From contig NC_087436.1 of assembly GCF_036321535.1 (NCBI RefSeq), positions 31,250,001 through 31,314,000 on the forward strand: 64,000 nucleotides of DNA, read 5' to 3'. A program made the position numbers and the translations under genes. Shown piece by piece: positions 12,864 to 25,124 of the stretch. The first letter of the stretch is position 1. Every line of letters starts with the position of its first letter. The stretch is from Camelus dromedarius. Taxonomy: Eukaryota. The notes under the pieces are model-generated. The model was not told where the DNA came from and made no database searches. It saw nothing but the letters and a program-made list of their open reading frames with translations.

Positions 12864-13379
12864 CTTTCTTATTCAGCTTAAAGATAGAAAGACAGCCCCT
12901 TTTCCTCTCTGCCAAATAAGAAATAAAAATCCAAAGCACTTTCTCTGGGTCTATGTCACACTATCTCTCACTGGCTTTCCTGTTTCAACCAATTCATCTG
13001 AATGTGTAAAATTCTCTTTATATAGGTTGGTTAAAGGTTAGCAGGAATGATAGTGAGGATTACAGAAAAGTTTGGAAAGCATGATAAGTTTGGAAACAGA
13101 TTTCTGGCATCTTGAGAATGCAGGTGTACCTATTTTCTTCAACTTTAGGAACTTAGCCGGTATCCCTGCATAACAAAAAGTCCTATTGAACATGCTGTGA
13201 TATAATTAAGCAGGAAATTGCAAAACAGTATGTTATGCTATGATAAAGGAGGAAAAGAATGCACTGAGTATTTAGAAAGGTTTCTAAGCAAGACTGGGGG
13301 ACTTGGGAAAGTATGAAGAAAAACCAATAATTAAAAAGCTGAAAACTGAGGTATGCATATGGAAAAAACACTGGAAAAT

Positions 13380-13700
13380 AAGAGAAGACAGTGTTCAGAT
13401 TTAAAGGGTCATCTGTATGACAATACCCAGAGGTGAGACATAGTGTGCGACTTTGGCAGAACTATAAGGTGTTCAGTTCAGGTGGAACAAAAAGTTTGAA
13501 GAGTCTGATCAAGAAGCAAGAGATGACATTGGAAAGGTAAACAATGCTCAAAATATAAACATCCAAGCAAGCCACTCTAAAAAATTTGGATTTTATTCTA
13601 AGGTTGGTAAGGAGACACTGAATGATCTTAAGTAGTAAAGAGGAGATTTACTCTATATACTGCAATGGCTGTAGTCTGAGAATGGATTAAAAAGGGAAAT
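13380..13700 (-). mobile_element. LINE-2 fragment
   Basis: Purine-rich antisense L2 phrases (…tttggattttattctaagg…ggagacactgaatgatcttaag…). Confidence 0.55.
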
Positions 13701-14189
13701 GTGTCATTATGCCACTAAGTTAATTTCTAGGAATACAAAAATAAGTAAAGTTACAGTTCCCATTCCCCCCAAAGTTCACAATCCAGTGATGAACGTTAGA
13801 TATTACCATTGAGAGAACCAAGAAACATTACAGTCATATCTGAGCTTTGTTTTTATAATATAAATGACTCAAAAGTATGTCTGGAGATCCATTCTCCAAA
13901 AACAAACACAAATTCAGCCATACTTATACATGCATCTTTGTACACATTTTACACATTAGTATTTGGTAATTTTTTGTTCACTGAACAGAAATATAAAGAA
14001 ATCTAAAGAAACCTAAAAGGACAATGTTTGCTTGAAAAAAACATAATGCACTCTAGGTATATCAAACAGAAGGAAGTTAATATAAGAAACGAATTATGTT
14101 GGAAGGGTTGGAAGAAAAGGAGAAGGAGAGGTAAAATCAGAGCCTGTTAACCCTTCCAGGCCAGAACCCACTAGTCTGTACCTGCTACT

Positions 14190-14570
14190 CCACTTTAGAG
14201 ACACTGTCGCAGTCAGTTCCAGATCTGTCAAATATGTGCCACCTGGAACTGGGTAGGAACTACTGAAAAAATGTTTTTTGCTGTCCAAGCTACTGGCATC
14301 CAGAATCACTCCACCACTTCTGCTGCTACAGAAACTCCCAGAAGATTCCAGGGACTGTCAACTGCAATGTCATTGAAGCCTGAAACAGGAAGTTTCCCCA
14401 ATTTCTAGCCTTCTGATTTTTTAACAATATCCCCTATTGCTAGAACATAGCATCAAGCCAGCTGGCAAGGGACTCAGGAAAATGTATATTCAAAATCTGA
14501 GCCAAGCTAGCGCAGACAGAGAAAAGTATGACAGGAATGCTGTTGTGAAACTACAGATAAATAATTTTCT
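14190..14570 (-). mobile_element. Old ERV LTR fragment (LTR78/LTR79-like)
   Basis: …atatcccctattgctagaacatagcatcaagccagctggcaagggactcaggaaaatgta… resembles ancient LTR termini; highly diverged. Confidence 0.4.
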
Positions 14571-16256
14571 CATATGGTATTACCTTCTAATGCCATGATT
14601 TTTGGTCATTTCTACCAAAGTTTTAATGATAGAAGTCCTTGGAGACCTACTTCTTCATGAATATCTTCTCTCATGGAAAAAAAAAAAAAAAGCATGAGAT
14701 CCAGTTGTCCTGTATCAGGTAAATAAGATGAAGTAACCTAATCTTATTTTTAAAAAAGTCAGGTGATAATGGCTAAGGTATCTGTGTTGTAATTCCATCT
14801 GTTGTCAGTGGTTATTTTATAGTCATCAAGCTAACACACAGTACTTACAGGATTCACTTGCATGAAAGCCAAGTAGACTCTGTGAATTCACAGATCAGAA
14901 CTTACTATAATATTGATTAAAGTGAAAGAAGAGTAGCGTGTGCCAGTTCACTGGACAAAGAACCTCTCAAACTAAATTTCTATGGGAGTAAGGAAAGATC
15001 ACTGATCAATGGGCCATGGTTTGTCTGAACTACTTCAGGTTTTAAGAACCCCTTAATTTTTATAGACCTCACCTTAAGATGACCTGACAACATTTAAATT
15101 GTATCACGAAGTGCAGCATTGATCATTGCTAGCCCAGCATACCAATTAGAACCAATAATCTGATGATCAGAGATGATTGTGTTAGACAAAAGTTAAGTTT
15201 AATTTTAAGCAGGTTGTCAATAGAAACTATATTCTTGTCCTATCTTACCTCAGGCATCCTTTCAATCAATCAGGCACTGTGCTAAGTACTAGTGATAAAG
15301 AGATAAAGAGGACTCTGCCTTTAAAGAGTTCATTGTTTAGTTGTGGAGAAAGACAAGTATCAAAAAAAAAAATACAATTACAAATAAGGATGGTATGTAC
15401 TATTGAAGACACAATAAAATTGTTGGGGAATTGTCAATATGATTTGTTAGTTTTTCTATTAATCATCATGCCATTCCTTGTTCCACACTAGCAGTCATTC
15501 CTGTTGAATTCTGAATACTAGCAAGGACTACCTCTATTAATAAAAAACTAAGTAAAAATTTATAAATTAAACTGAACATTTTCTGTAGGCTGCCTACATT
15601 GCTCCTTCCTTTTGTAACAAATGACTTGCTGGTAGGAGGTATAAATCTCGTCCAAGATGACTTAAGCTAGGCTTACTCCAGTTAGACTAAGTTAGGCTAA
15701 AGCAAAGACATAGAAATCCCAAGATATACATTTGTTAGTGAGGTATCAGCCCCTTAACCAATTGAGGATGATTTTCTTCCTGAGCAACTGAACTACAACA
15801 GAACCACTGGAAATACATCTTTAGAGTTAACTGGCACTGATTTCTTAGCTATACATCCCCCAAAACACAACAGGCCCTCAAAGATTGATTTTTCTCTCAT
15901 TGCTAAAAATACTCAAAAGTCATTAAATAAAAACTAAACCAAGCCTTCACTAGGATATATAAAATCAAGTCTTCATTTTCTAATTTCTTAGAAAATGATA
16001 ACCTAAATAGGTGCTCTCTCCACCCAAATCTGCCAAACACTTTTATTATATTACTATATTACATTTGTGTGTATTAAATTACATATTATATTATACTTCT
16101 ATGAAACCACCATCCTTCTCACAGTTTATGCTTTATTTCTATATATACACATACACACAAACACACTGTGAATATATCTTGCACTGCCCACCCCATGATG
16201 GGTATCTATTGTTTGCTAGAAAAATAAATGTGACTTACTAATTGAAATGGCCCAGA

Positions 16257-16480
16257 ATCCATTTATTCATTTATTCCTTAAAAACAAAACAAACACTGAA
16301 TGAATATCTTGTGGTGTCCTCAGTCCCGTGCTTAGCCAGATATATACTCCCTTGTGTAAATACAACGCCTGCCTTGAGGAGCTCCCAGTGTAATGGGGGG
16401 ATAGACAAGGAGACGGGCAATGTGATTAGTGTGAATAGTGCCAAGATCAAAGTTAGGCACAAGGTACTAAGGAAGCACTT
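16257..16480 (-). mobile_element. LINE-2 3'-end fragment
   Basis: atccatttattcatttattcc…cctgccttgaggagctcccagtgtaatggggg. Confidence 0.6.
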
Positions 16481-17704
16481 CAATTTTTATTTCTACTGTG
16501 GATCAAGAGCTTTTACTCTTCACAGTTTAAGTAATGCAGCCATTACTTCATCCATAACTGTTCCAAAGTAAACTTGATTTTCGAGAGGATAAATGCAACT
16601 ACCTAAGCATAATATAACAAATAGCTTTTCATTGGTATTCTTCCTCATGGCAATTGAGAGAAGAGAACAACCTGACCTTTCTCACAAAATCTAAAACATC
16701 TGCTATAATCCTCTGGAAAAATAAAGAGCAAAGGAACAGAAAATAGTGTGGACGGTATAATCACATATAAATAAATTGTTTACACATGATCTCAGAGTAG
16801 GCTTGTTCAAATAGTTCAAAATTGTCTCTAAAGGATTATCTAGCCACAAAGTTGGCAAAACAAGAATGGTATAAATCAAACACTTCTGTGAGAGTTTTTA
16901 ATACTGTGTTTCAGTGAGCTTGCAATTAGCAAGGCTCAAAAACTAAAAGTATATTACATTTTTTTAAAACTATAACTCTTCTTAGGTCTTAATTCAGTAA
17001 AATAACTTTAATAAAATTTTCTGTCTTGGCTTTTTACAGATACTGTAACTTAAAATTGAAATTTCTTAATTTTTATCTTTATTCCTAATTATGACTCTAA
17101 GAAGTGCATTTTTAAAATAATACTCTTCTGTTTTACAGGGACATATTAATGCAGCACAAAGATCCAGATGAAATTTAAAACATTCTAGGAAAACTCAGGA
17201 TGTAAAAGGCAGGCATTTGGCATCCATTTCTGGTTTTATTGGGCAGCAGAAAGAAACATGAAAAAAAATTTAATCTATTGGTGTGTGTCAAAAGGACCCA
17301 GAAGTGCATCAGTCATATGCTTAATCGCATAGGTAGCCACTTACATACTCAAATTTAGATTCAGAGAAAAATATTTTTCTTCCTGAAATATCTCTCCCCA
17401 TTAAACATGTTGTTTTGCCCTTGCTTTGAATTTGCTTATCAGTTTTTCAACGTAAAAGCAGAATCCTAAAGAAACAACACTCAAGGTTGGAAACATAAGA
17501 AGTGCATACATCTTCAGTACATGGAAAAGTTTTAGAGTGACAAGCTCTAGATATGGGGGTGGGGCAGCATGAGGCACTTGACAGACTTGGGGTAGGAAGG
17601 GAAATACCCTCTGGAGTAGAAGTAACATCATCTACTTCGTGATTTATCTTAAGACTGGCTCCAGCAGGAAGGGTACCTAGCTGCCAAAGAAGGATTCTGG
17701 TAAG

Positions 17705-17945
17705 AGTTGTAAAGCGAGTGAGCTCTAGATCCAGATTTCTGCATTCACATCCCAGTTCTGACACTTCCAAGCTGTGTTACCCACGACTAGTTCCTTGACC
17801 TTTCTGTGTCTCATTTTCCTCATCTATGGAATGGGAAATTACAGTATTCACTTCATAGTTTAGGTAAAGATGAAAGGCTTTCACACAAGTAGAGTACTTA
17901 GAAGAGTACCTGGCACACAATTAAGTATTCAGTAAATATTAGTCA
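17705..17945 (+). mobile_element. MIR, near full length
   Basis: …tcccagttctgacacttccaagctgtg…ctttctgtgtctcattttcctcatctatggaatggg…gtacttagaagagtacctggcacac…. Confidence 0.8.
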
Positions 17946-18484
17946 TACCAGTATTACCAGCATCTTAGAACCCTAGCTGAACAATCTTGGAGGTGAGGTT
18001 AGCTCAGGTTAGAGGTAACGGGCTTTCACTTCATCACTTCGGAGACTTAAACACTGAGGTTTAGAAGTAGTAAATCGTACAGTCAGTAAGTGGAAGCAGG
18101 CAAGATTGGGGTAAGACTGGTCTTCTGTCTAATAGGAACTACAGATCCAACAAAACACAAAGGCCTTCCAGATATACTGGTAGGGAAGAGAAGAACTCTA
18201 GTACACTAAAGCAGTAATTTACTAAACAAGTATATCCAATTTAAACAGCTGTGTGTGTCAAAAGAACCCTGATCCTAACTTAAGGAAAGTGTGAAAACAG
18301 ATAAATATCTGGAGCTGCAGAAACTGTTCATGTTCATAGATTCTGTATTAAAGACAAAGGGAAAGAGGTCTGATGAAGCAGATATAATAGTCTAATACAA
18401 CCGTCTAAAATATATATACAATTTGCAGACATTATGATGAGCCCTCTGGTACCACAGAGAAAGGCACTATAATATTCCTTAAAT

Positions 18485-18613
18485 AGGAAGGAAGGAAGGA
18501 AGGAAGGAAGGAAGGAAGGAAGGAAGGAAGGAAGGGAGGGAGGGAGGGAGGGAGGAAGGAAGGAAGGAAGGAAGGAGGGAAGGGAGGAAGGAAGGAAGGA
18601 AGGAAGGAAGGGA
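18485..18613. repeat. Pure-purine (AGGA)n/(AGGG)n compound microsatellite
   Basis: Direct reading: 129 nt containing only A and G. Confidence 0.95.
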
Positions 18614-19932
18614 CGAACCAATGAACGAAACTGAAGGTTAGGTAAATTTTTCTAGACCACAGCATATTCTGTCTCTTCTCAAATCATTAGAGACCTTTAG
18701 TCTACAGGCAAATACACACAGCCCCATTTGGTCTGTAAGACACACATCTCTGTTTGGAGCACTCTGGCCAAGTATCAACAATGTAAAAATATTCCAAATA
18801 CTTCAAATTATAACTAAACGGCATTAGTCTCTTTTTTCATACTGAGACTTAACTTGAAAATATAGCCCAATTTTTGCTTCTATCATCTTCGCTCTCCCCA
18901 TGCAGTCATATCATTTGCACGATTATAGATGCAGTTAAGTTGTGTCAGCAATTTCCTTTATGCAGTCAGCTTCGCAAATGTTTATAAAACTAGTTTTTGT
19001 GGGGGAAAAGTATGTTTTAAGCTGAAACACAGCAAGTAAAAATCCCGTCACTTGAGAGCAATTTCTTTTATCTACCTTGCAAAAATGTGATGTGAATATA
19101 TAAAAAGGTACTAGCTAATTAAAGGTATATGACAAGGTAGTATAGAAAATGTGAATAGAAGGATGGGTGAAACAGAAATGGACTCCAGAGAAAAATTTCT
19201 TTGAGATGTAGGATTTAATGATGTATGTTTTTTAAAATAATAATGTACACATACTATTTGGGAACACTGAATTTAATGGCATATGCACAAAAATGGTAAA
19301 CATAACATTCTGGGTTCACAGAGACAAAGCAGCCTGTAGCATAATTTCCTTTAATAAGCAGACAAATAATTGAGGCCAATAAAGCACTGTTAAAAATCTG
19401 ACCACATGGCCTGTCTATTCACAAGCTTTCACCACATGCAGAGAGAAAGATCCAAACAATATCTCTCTACTACACACATTTCTTATCACTGTATATATTA
19501 CCACTCCATATATGTGTTCAGAAAAGTTAATATAAATGCAATTGTATATTCTCAACTAGTTTAAGCACAATCTGAGCAAATCAATGAGAATTCATTTTTC
19601 AAGTTTGACTGTGTTTAGGCGTAGGAAAGAGAAAACATTATCACTGCAAATTTATGAGAATTCTGGACTTGAGAGTACAGACAGTTCAAAAATGTTAGGA
19701 CCATGGTCTGAGATTCTAATAGAAAGATATTTCAAAAAAGATTGAGATTCAAAAATAAGATTTCCACCAAGTAAGAGCATGTTATCTCAGTTACGAAGGA
19801 AAGGTGAAGGCGCCTTAATAAACACTAAATCTTCACAAGTTGTTCTTCTTCCATATGATCAGATATTTTTAAAATATACAAAGGAAGTAAGGCATAAGCA
19901 AGACAGGAATGCAGGCCTGCTACTTAAGATTA

Positions 19933-20428
19933 TGTGGTAGGCAGAATAATGGTCTCAGAAGATGTTCACATCCTAATACCTGCAACCTGTGATAATGTCA
20001 GTCTTACGTAGGCAAAAGGAATTTTTCAGATGTGATTAAATGGAGAAGAAGGTATTATTCTGGATTATCAAGATGAACCCAATCTAACCACATGAACTGT
20101 TATAGGTGGAGAACTTTTCCTTGCTGCGGTCACAATCATATGTAACTACAGAAAAAGGTCAAGGAGATGATGTGAACAGCACTCAGTCTACCATTGTTGA
20201 CTATGAACATGGAGTACGGAAGCCAAAGGAGCCTCCAGAAGCTGGGAAAGACAAGAATTCTCCACAGAACCTCCAAAAAGAAGTACCAGCCTGCTTACAC
20301 CTTGATCTAAGTCCAGTGCAGCCAGTGTTGAAATTCTAAACTACAGATCTGTAAGATAATAAACTTGTGTTACTGTAAGCCACAAAGTTTGTGGTAATTT
20401 GTTACAACAGCAATAAAAAACTAATACA
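19933..20428 (+). mobile_element. MaLR solo LTR, MLT1D-like
   Basis: tgtggtaggcagaataatgg…gtttgtggtaatttgttacaacagcaataaaaaactaataca; 5-bp TSD gatta/gacta. Confidence 0.88.
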
Positions 20429-20869
20429 GACTATAACTAAATGAGCTTAGGTGTAAGACAAATTCCAAGGAGAAAAAAAAAAAAGACAATTTAAGATGTG
20501 TTCTGAGTATAAAAAAAATAATAAAGGGAAACAGTGATGCCAAAATAAAGAAATGAGAAGAAAAAAGTGAAAGAGGAAGGAAGGAAGAAGACGGAAGAAG
20601 AGGAGGAGAAATGACAGAGTAAGCAGAATTAATTGAGGAAATATAGACTAAAAAATGCTGGATATAATGCAACATACTAAACAAATATCAGGCAATACAT
20701 CCATACATTGGGAAGTCTTAGAATTAAGTTTTATTTACCTAAATAAGAACAATCCTGAACATAATACTAGACGTAATTTTTTTGTCAAAGAAATGTTCAT
20801 CTTGTATTATGTTTCTGACTCCTCCAACAGACAAAGTAATCTCAGAGTAGAAATCTGTTTCAAAAACCA

Positions 20870-22830
20870 TGGCCAAAGGGACTTTAGTCAAGAATCTAAA
20901 TGAGTCTATAATTTCTAGCCTGGCTGATGTCTTGGCAGGATATTTAGGGGATAACCCTTAAAGATTTGAAGAATGAATGGGAAGAAGCTAGATGACTCGA
21001 TATGGACAAAATTAGTTCAGATTGTTTAAAAAAAAGTGAAGATGATTTACACACTATAAACTGATGAAGTTAAGGTTGATACTAGAAATGATTCTTGAGA
21101 TGATCATTAAAAGTATCTTTGAGGGTTAAAAATGTAACAATTATAAGCTGACTAGATTCAGTAAGAATAGACTTCTTGATTTGTTTTGTTCTATTTTATT
21201 TTTGACGTTGCCATTCTTAAAGGTCAGAGAGATTCTTAAGACATAGTGTTTCTGTATTTCAGTAGATATCTGATAAAGTTGCACAAAATATTCCTGTGGG
21301 CAAGGTGGAGTAATAGGGCTAAATTATAGAACGTTTATGTGGACTTCTTCAGGGGCCATTGCAAAGACTAGGAATTAATGGGCACATGCCTTTTTGGAAA
21401 AAGATATTTAAAATGATGCTCTCCAGATAATCTCCACTGACCTTGTCCTCTTTAGTTCAACATTTTAATAGAGGAAGACATTGATGCCAAGTTGATGAGA
21501 TAAATCTGGAAGGGATATCAAATCTAGCCAAATGTCAAACCTAATATATGAATTCTAACAACACCTATTTATATAAAGGTAAGTCATAGGGTAAATAAAG
21601 TTATTTTTGTTAACAATTACAGTTCTGTCAGTGCTTGGTTATATTCTCCTGGGAAAGTTACCTGATCTTTCTTTATTCAGCTCCCCTTATCTATAAAATA
21701 GAAATGACAAGAACTTCTAAATAGCCAAGACATGGAAACAGCCTAAATGTCCATCAACGGATGACTGGATAAAGAAGATGTGGTATATTTATACAATGGA
21801 TACTATTCAGCCATAAAAACCGACAACATAATGCCATTTGTAGCAACATGGATGCTCCTGCAGAATGTCATTCTAAGTGAAGTAAGCCAGAAAGAGAAAG
21901 AAAAATACCATATGAGATTGCTCATATGTGGAATCAAAACAAACAAACAAACAAACAAAGCATAAATACAAAACAGAAATAGACTCATAGACACAGAATA
22001 CAAACTTGTGGTTGCCAAGGGGGTGGAGGGTGGGAAGGGATAGACGGGATTTTAAAATTGTAGAATAGATAAACAAGATTATATTGTAAAGCACAGGGAA
22101 ATATACACAAGATCTTACGGTAGCTCACAGAGAAAAAAATGTGACAATGAATACATATATGGTCATGTATAACTGAAAAATTGTGCTCTACACTGGAATT
22201 TGACACAATATTGTAAAATGACTATAAATCAATAAAAATTTTTTTATAAAAGAATGATCAAAATAAATAAAAGTAATAAGTGAAAATTTAAAAATAAAAA
22301 CCACATACTTTATATTCCAAAAAAAGAACTTCTACTATATGAATTTCTTTTTAAATAAAAAAAATCTATGAAAAAAATAAATTTAAGCACTAAACATATT
22401 TTTTATTATTAAATGTAAAATAACCTACTTAAAAACTATAGGAGCTTAGAATGTGGAATATATTGGAAGTCATGCAAGATGAAAAAATGCAAAGATTTTC
22501 TATAACTGTAACTTTGGTAAAATTCAACAATGGGCTGTGTCTGCCAAACAGATAATGTAATCTCAAGCTTTGGTGATGGACAAAAAAATGTTTGGGTCAA
22601 AGGAGGGAATGGTCCCACTCTAGGCTGGTTAGACTACTCTTGGAGTACTGAATTCAGTGTTAGACACTGGATTTTGAGAAGCCAAACAAATTACGGTCAA
22701 ACATTTAGATGCAGGTGACCAGAGTAATGAGGAGAGAGAAAACATTGATATTTTGAGGAAAACTTAAGCAAGGAGGTTATTTAGTTTAAGGAAGAGACAA
22801 AACAGCCAACTTCATGTAGCTGGATAGCTG
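20870..22830 (+). mobile_element. L3/CR1 LINE fossil (parts ~20870-21530 and ~22440-22830), interrupted by MIR and L1
   Basis: Degenerate CR1 RT motifs (gtgtttctgtatttcagtagatatctgataaagtt ~ YLDFSKAFDKV; …attaatggg…; cttgtcctc…ttcaacatttt); 3' part …ggaggttatttagtttaaggaagag…. Confidence 0.6.
21720..22250 (+). mobile_element. Young 5'-truncated L1 (ORF2 end plus 3' UTR, camelid type)
   Basis: aatagccaagacatggaaacagcctaaatgtccatc…AATAAA at 22231; perfect 11-bp TSD aagaacttcta at 21709-21719 and 22324-22334; inserted into a MIR. Confidence 0.93.
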
Positions 22831-23024
22831 TTAAGTAGGAGATACTTGTTTTGGGAGACTCTATGAACACAATGAGAATCAAGGGTTAGAAGTACTAGGT
22901 GATCAGATTTCAGGGCAATATAATAACAACAACAACGACAACAAGTGCTTATATAATGCCTATTAAGGGCTAGATACTTTATAGGAAAGAGAAAATTTAC
23001 TTTTTTTAATGGAATAAAATCCAC

Positions 23025-24325
23025 TCTATATCACAATATGGGTCCATTCAACCTTTTCATAAATCTAAGATACTTTTTATCTTGAAACAATTTGCTATTT
23101 CATCACCTTGTTTCATCAATTATCATTGATTTTTGATAGCAACAGTGCTAAGAAAGATTTAAATAAGAGGAAAATTGTAGAATCATATAGGAGGAGGATG
23201 CAGCAGTAAAACAAATCATCACTACTGCATCATCCTTCAGTTTTCAGATTGAGTTGACCAAAGTGTTACATCATTATCCTGTAGGAAAAAAAAGACTTAG
23301 AGACATAATTTTTTTTTTAGTCTGCTTTTAGCTTTCATTGAGTTCAGTTCAGAATGAAGAAATTTTATTTCCTGCTCATACTGGCAAGAGAAGGATATTG
23401 ACAGAGAATGATGATTCACAATTATTAGATGAATCAGAAGATGAATCTAAAATAACAAACAGCAGTTCTAGTCTAGAATGATGATGATGCAACTGATGAT
23501 AAAAGTAAAATCCCAGACTATGAGTCTTCTAATGATGATATTCTATATGAATTTTTTCAAATTCAAGATTGGAGAGTGAACAATATTTTTAAGGACAAAA
23601 GAGAAACAAACATAGTATTTTTATCTGCTTAGTCACTAAACAGAAAGGACTTCATCATGTAATATTTTGAGACAAAAATGTGAACCATCCTGTTTTTCTA
23701 AAAGAACAGGTAACAGTATTCTTTCATCTTTTGTGATTTTATAGTTCATAGGTGGACAAATGCTGAAGTTATATATATATACAAAAGTAACTGAAAGAAA
23801 ATAAATGATGTAAATGAAAAAAATTGGGTTGATCATTATAATTTGTGTTTATAAATCTGAAAATGTTTCTCAAGTAGAAAACAAAGAAGATGGCCAACTT
23901 CAGCAACATTCTACACTGTCAAAATTTCAAAAGGTTCTTCTAGTAATACATTTCAGTGAGGCAAGTACAAGAAAAACCAGGTATAATAATAAGCTAGGAT
24001 CTACTAGAAACGTATTTGGAATGTGAAATCAGTTTTTACAAGACAGATATGTTCCAGGTACATGCGTAACAATTGATAAGCTTTAGTTTCATTCAGAAGA
24101 CAGTATCCATTTCAGGCTTATATACATTCAAAAGCCAGAAAATATGGAATGAAAATTTGAGTTTGCTCTGTTTAAATAGTCATTAAAACTTCATATAGAG
24201 TTGTTTTCACTATTCCTTTGTTCTTACTTCTATACTTGTTACATGAACTAAAAAGATAAAAAGTAAAAGGGATCCATTGGTCTCAGATGGTAAAATGGTG
24301 ATAACACTCAAACTTAGTGCTAAAA
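23025..24325 (+). mobile_element. piggyBac DNA transposon fossil (Looper-like) with decayed transposase
   Basis: 24066-24166 translates (one frameshift) VTIDK/LVSFRRQYPFQAYIHSKARKYGMKI*VC, matching the piggyBac motif TIDEQLxxFRGRCPFxxYIPSKPxKYGIKIW; acidic N-terminus LTENDDSQLLDESEDESK at 23398; degraded inverted termini. Confidence 0.85.
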
Positions 24326-24678
24326 CCTGAGGAGCAAAGGAAGGTCCCAGGCAGCAGGAACCGAGCACGTGGTAGCTTCATGAAGGCATCTCCTGCCTTC
24401 AAAGCCTGATTCCAAGGTTGCACAGTTTGTAGTTCTCTTTGTATTTTTCTCAACTTCTAGCTTACCTTAAGATATGTGTTTCACTCTACTCTTATAATAA
24501 TTGTTCTTGAGGAAGTGGAATTGATTTATTTCTCTTCTGACTTTCAGAGTAGGAATTACATTGGAAATTCAACTCAAAGAACCAAAGCAAAGCATGTCAG
24601 CAGTTACAGTTTAGGTTCAAATTTTTCAGTAAGAAGAAAAAGAACAAACTTCCCCCACTAAGTTGCAAACTGTGATTA

Positions 24679-25124
24679 TGCCTTACTTTCCTAGGACTGC
24701 CATAACAAAGTACCACAAACTCGGTGGCTTAAAACATCAGAAATTTCTTCCCTCGTAGTTCTTGAGGCCAGAAGTCTGAAATCAGGTGTCAGCAGGTTGC
24801 TTCCTCTAGAGTGGCTCTGAGAGAGAATCTATTCCATGCCTCCCTCCTAGCTTCTGGTGGCTTCCAGCAACTCTTAGTTTTCTTTGTCTTATATGTCTAT
24901 CAGTCTAATCGTCCTCAGTCTTCACGTGGCATTCTCCCCTCTATGTGTCTGTGTTTCCATGTCCAAATTTCCCCCTTCTCATAAGGACACCAGTCATATT
25001 GCATTTACAACCCACCCTAGTCCAGTATGACACTATCTTAACTTGGTTACAACTTCAAAGACCCTATTCCCAAACTCAGGTTCCTAGTGAAATGGGGGGT
25101 GGGGCATCTATTCAACCCAGTACA
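24679..25124 (-). mobile_element. MaLR solo LTR, MLT1C-like
   Basis: ttcctaggactgccataacaaagtaccacaaactcggtggcttaaa…tattcaacccagtaca; TSD gatta/gataa. Confidence 0.88.

Noticed and set aside
14669..14699. TCTCATG/CATGAGA inverted repeat around an A15 run, resembling a terminator
   Set aside because: A 7-bp stem is expected by chance, and rho-independent terminators do not apply to mammalian DNA
18334..18665. ORFs rich in PSFL repeats
   Set aside because: Translation of the (TTCC)n microsatellite
23398..24166. Possible domesticated PGBD-like gene
   Set aside because: Multiple stops and frameshifts, and the C-terminal catalytic region appears to be missing
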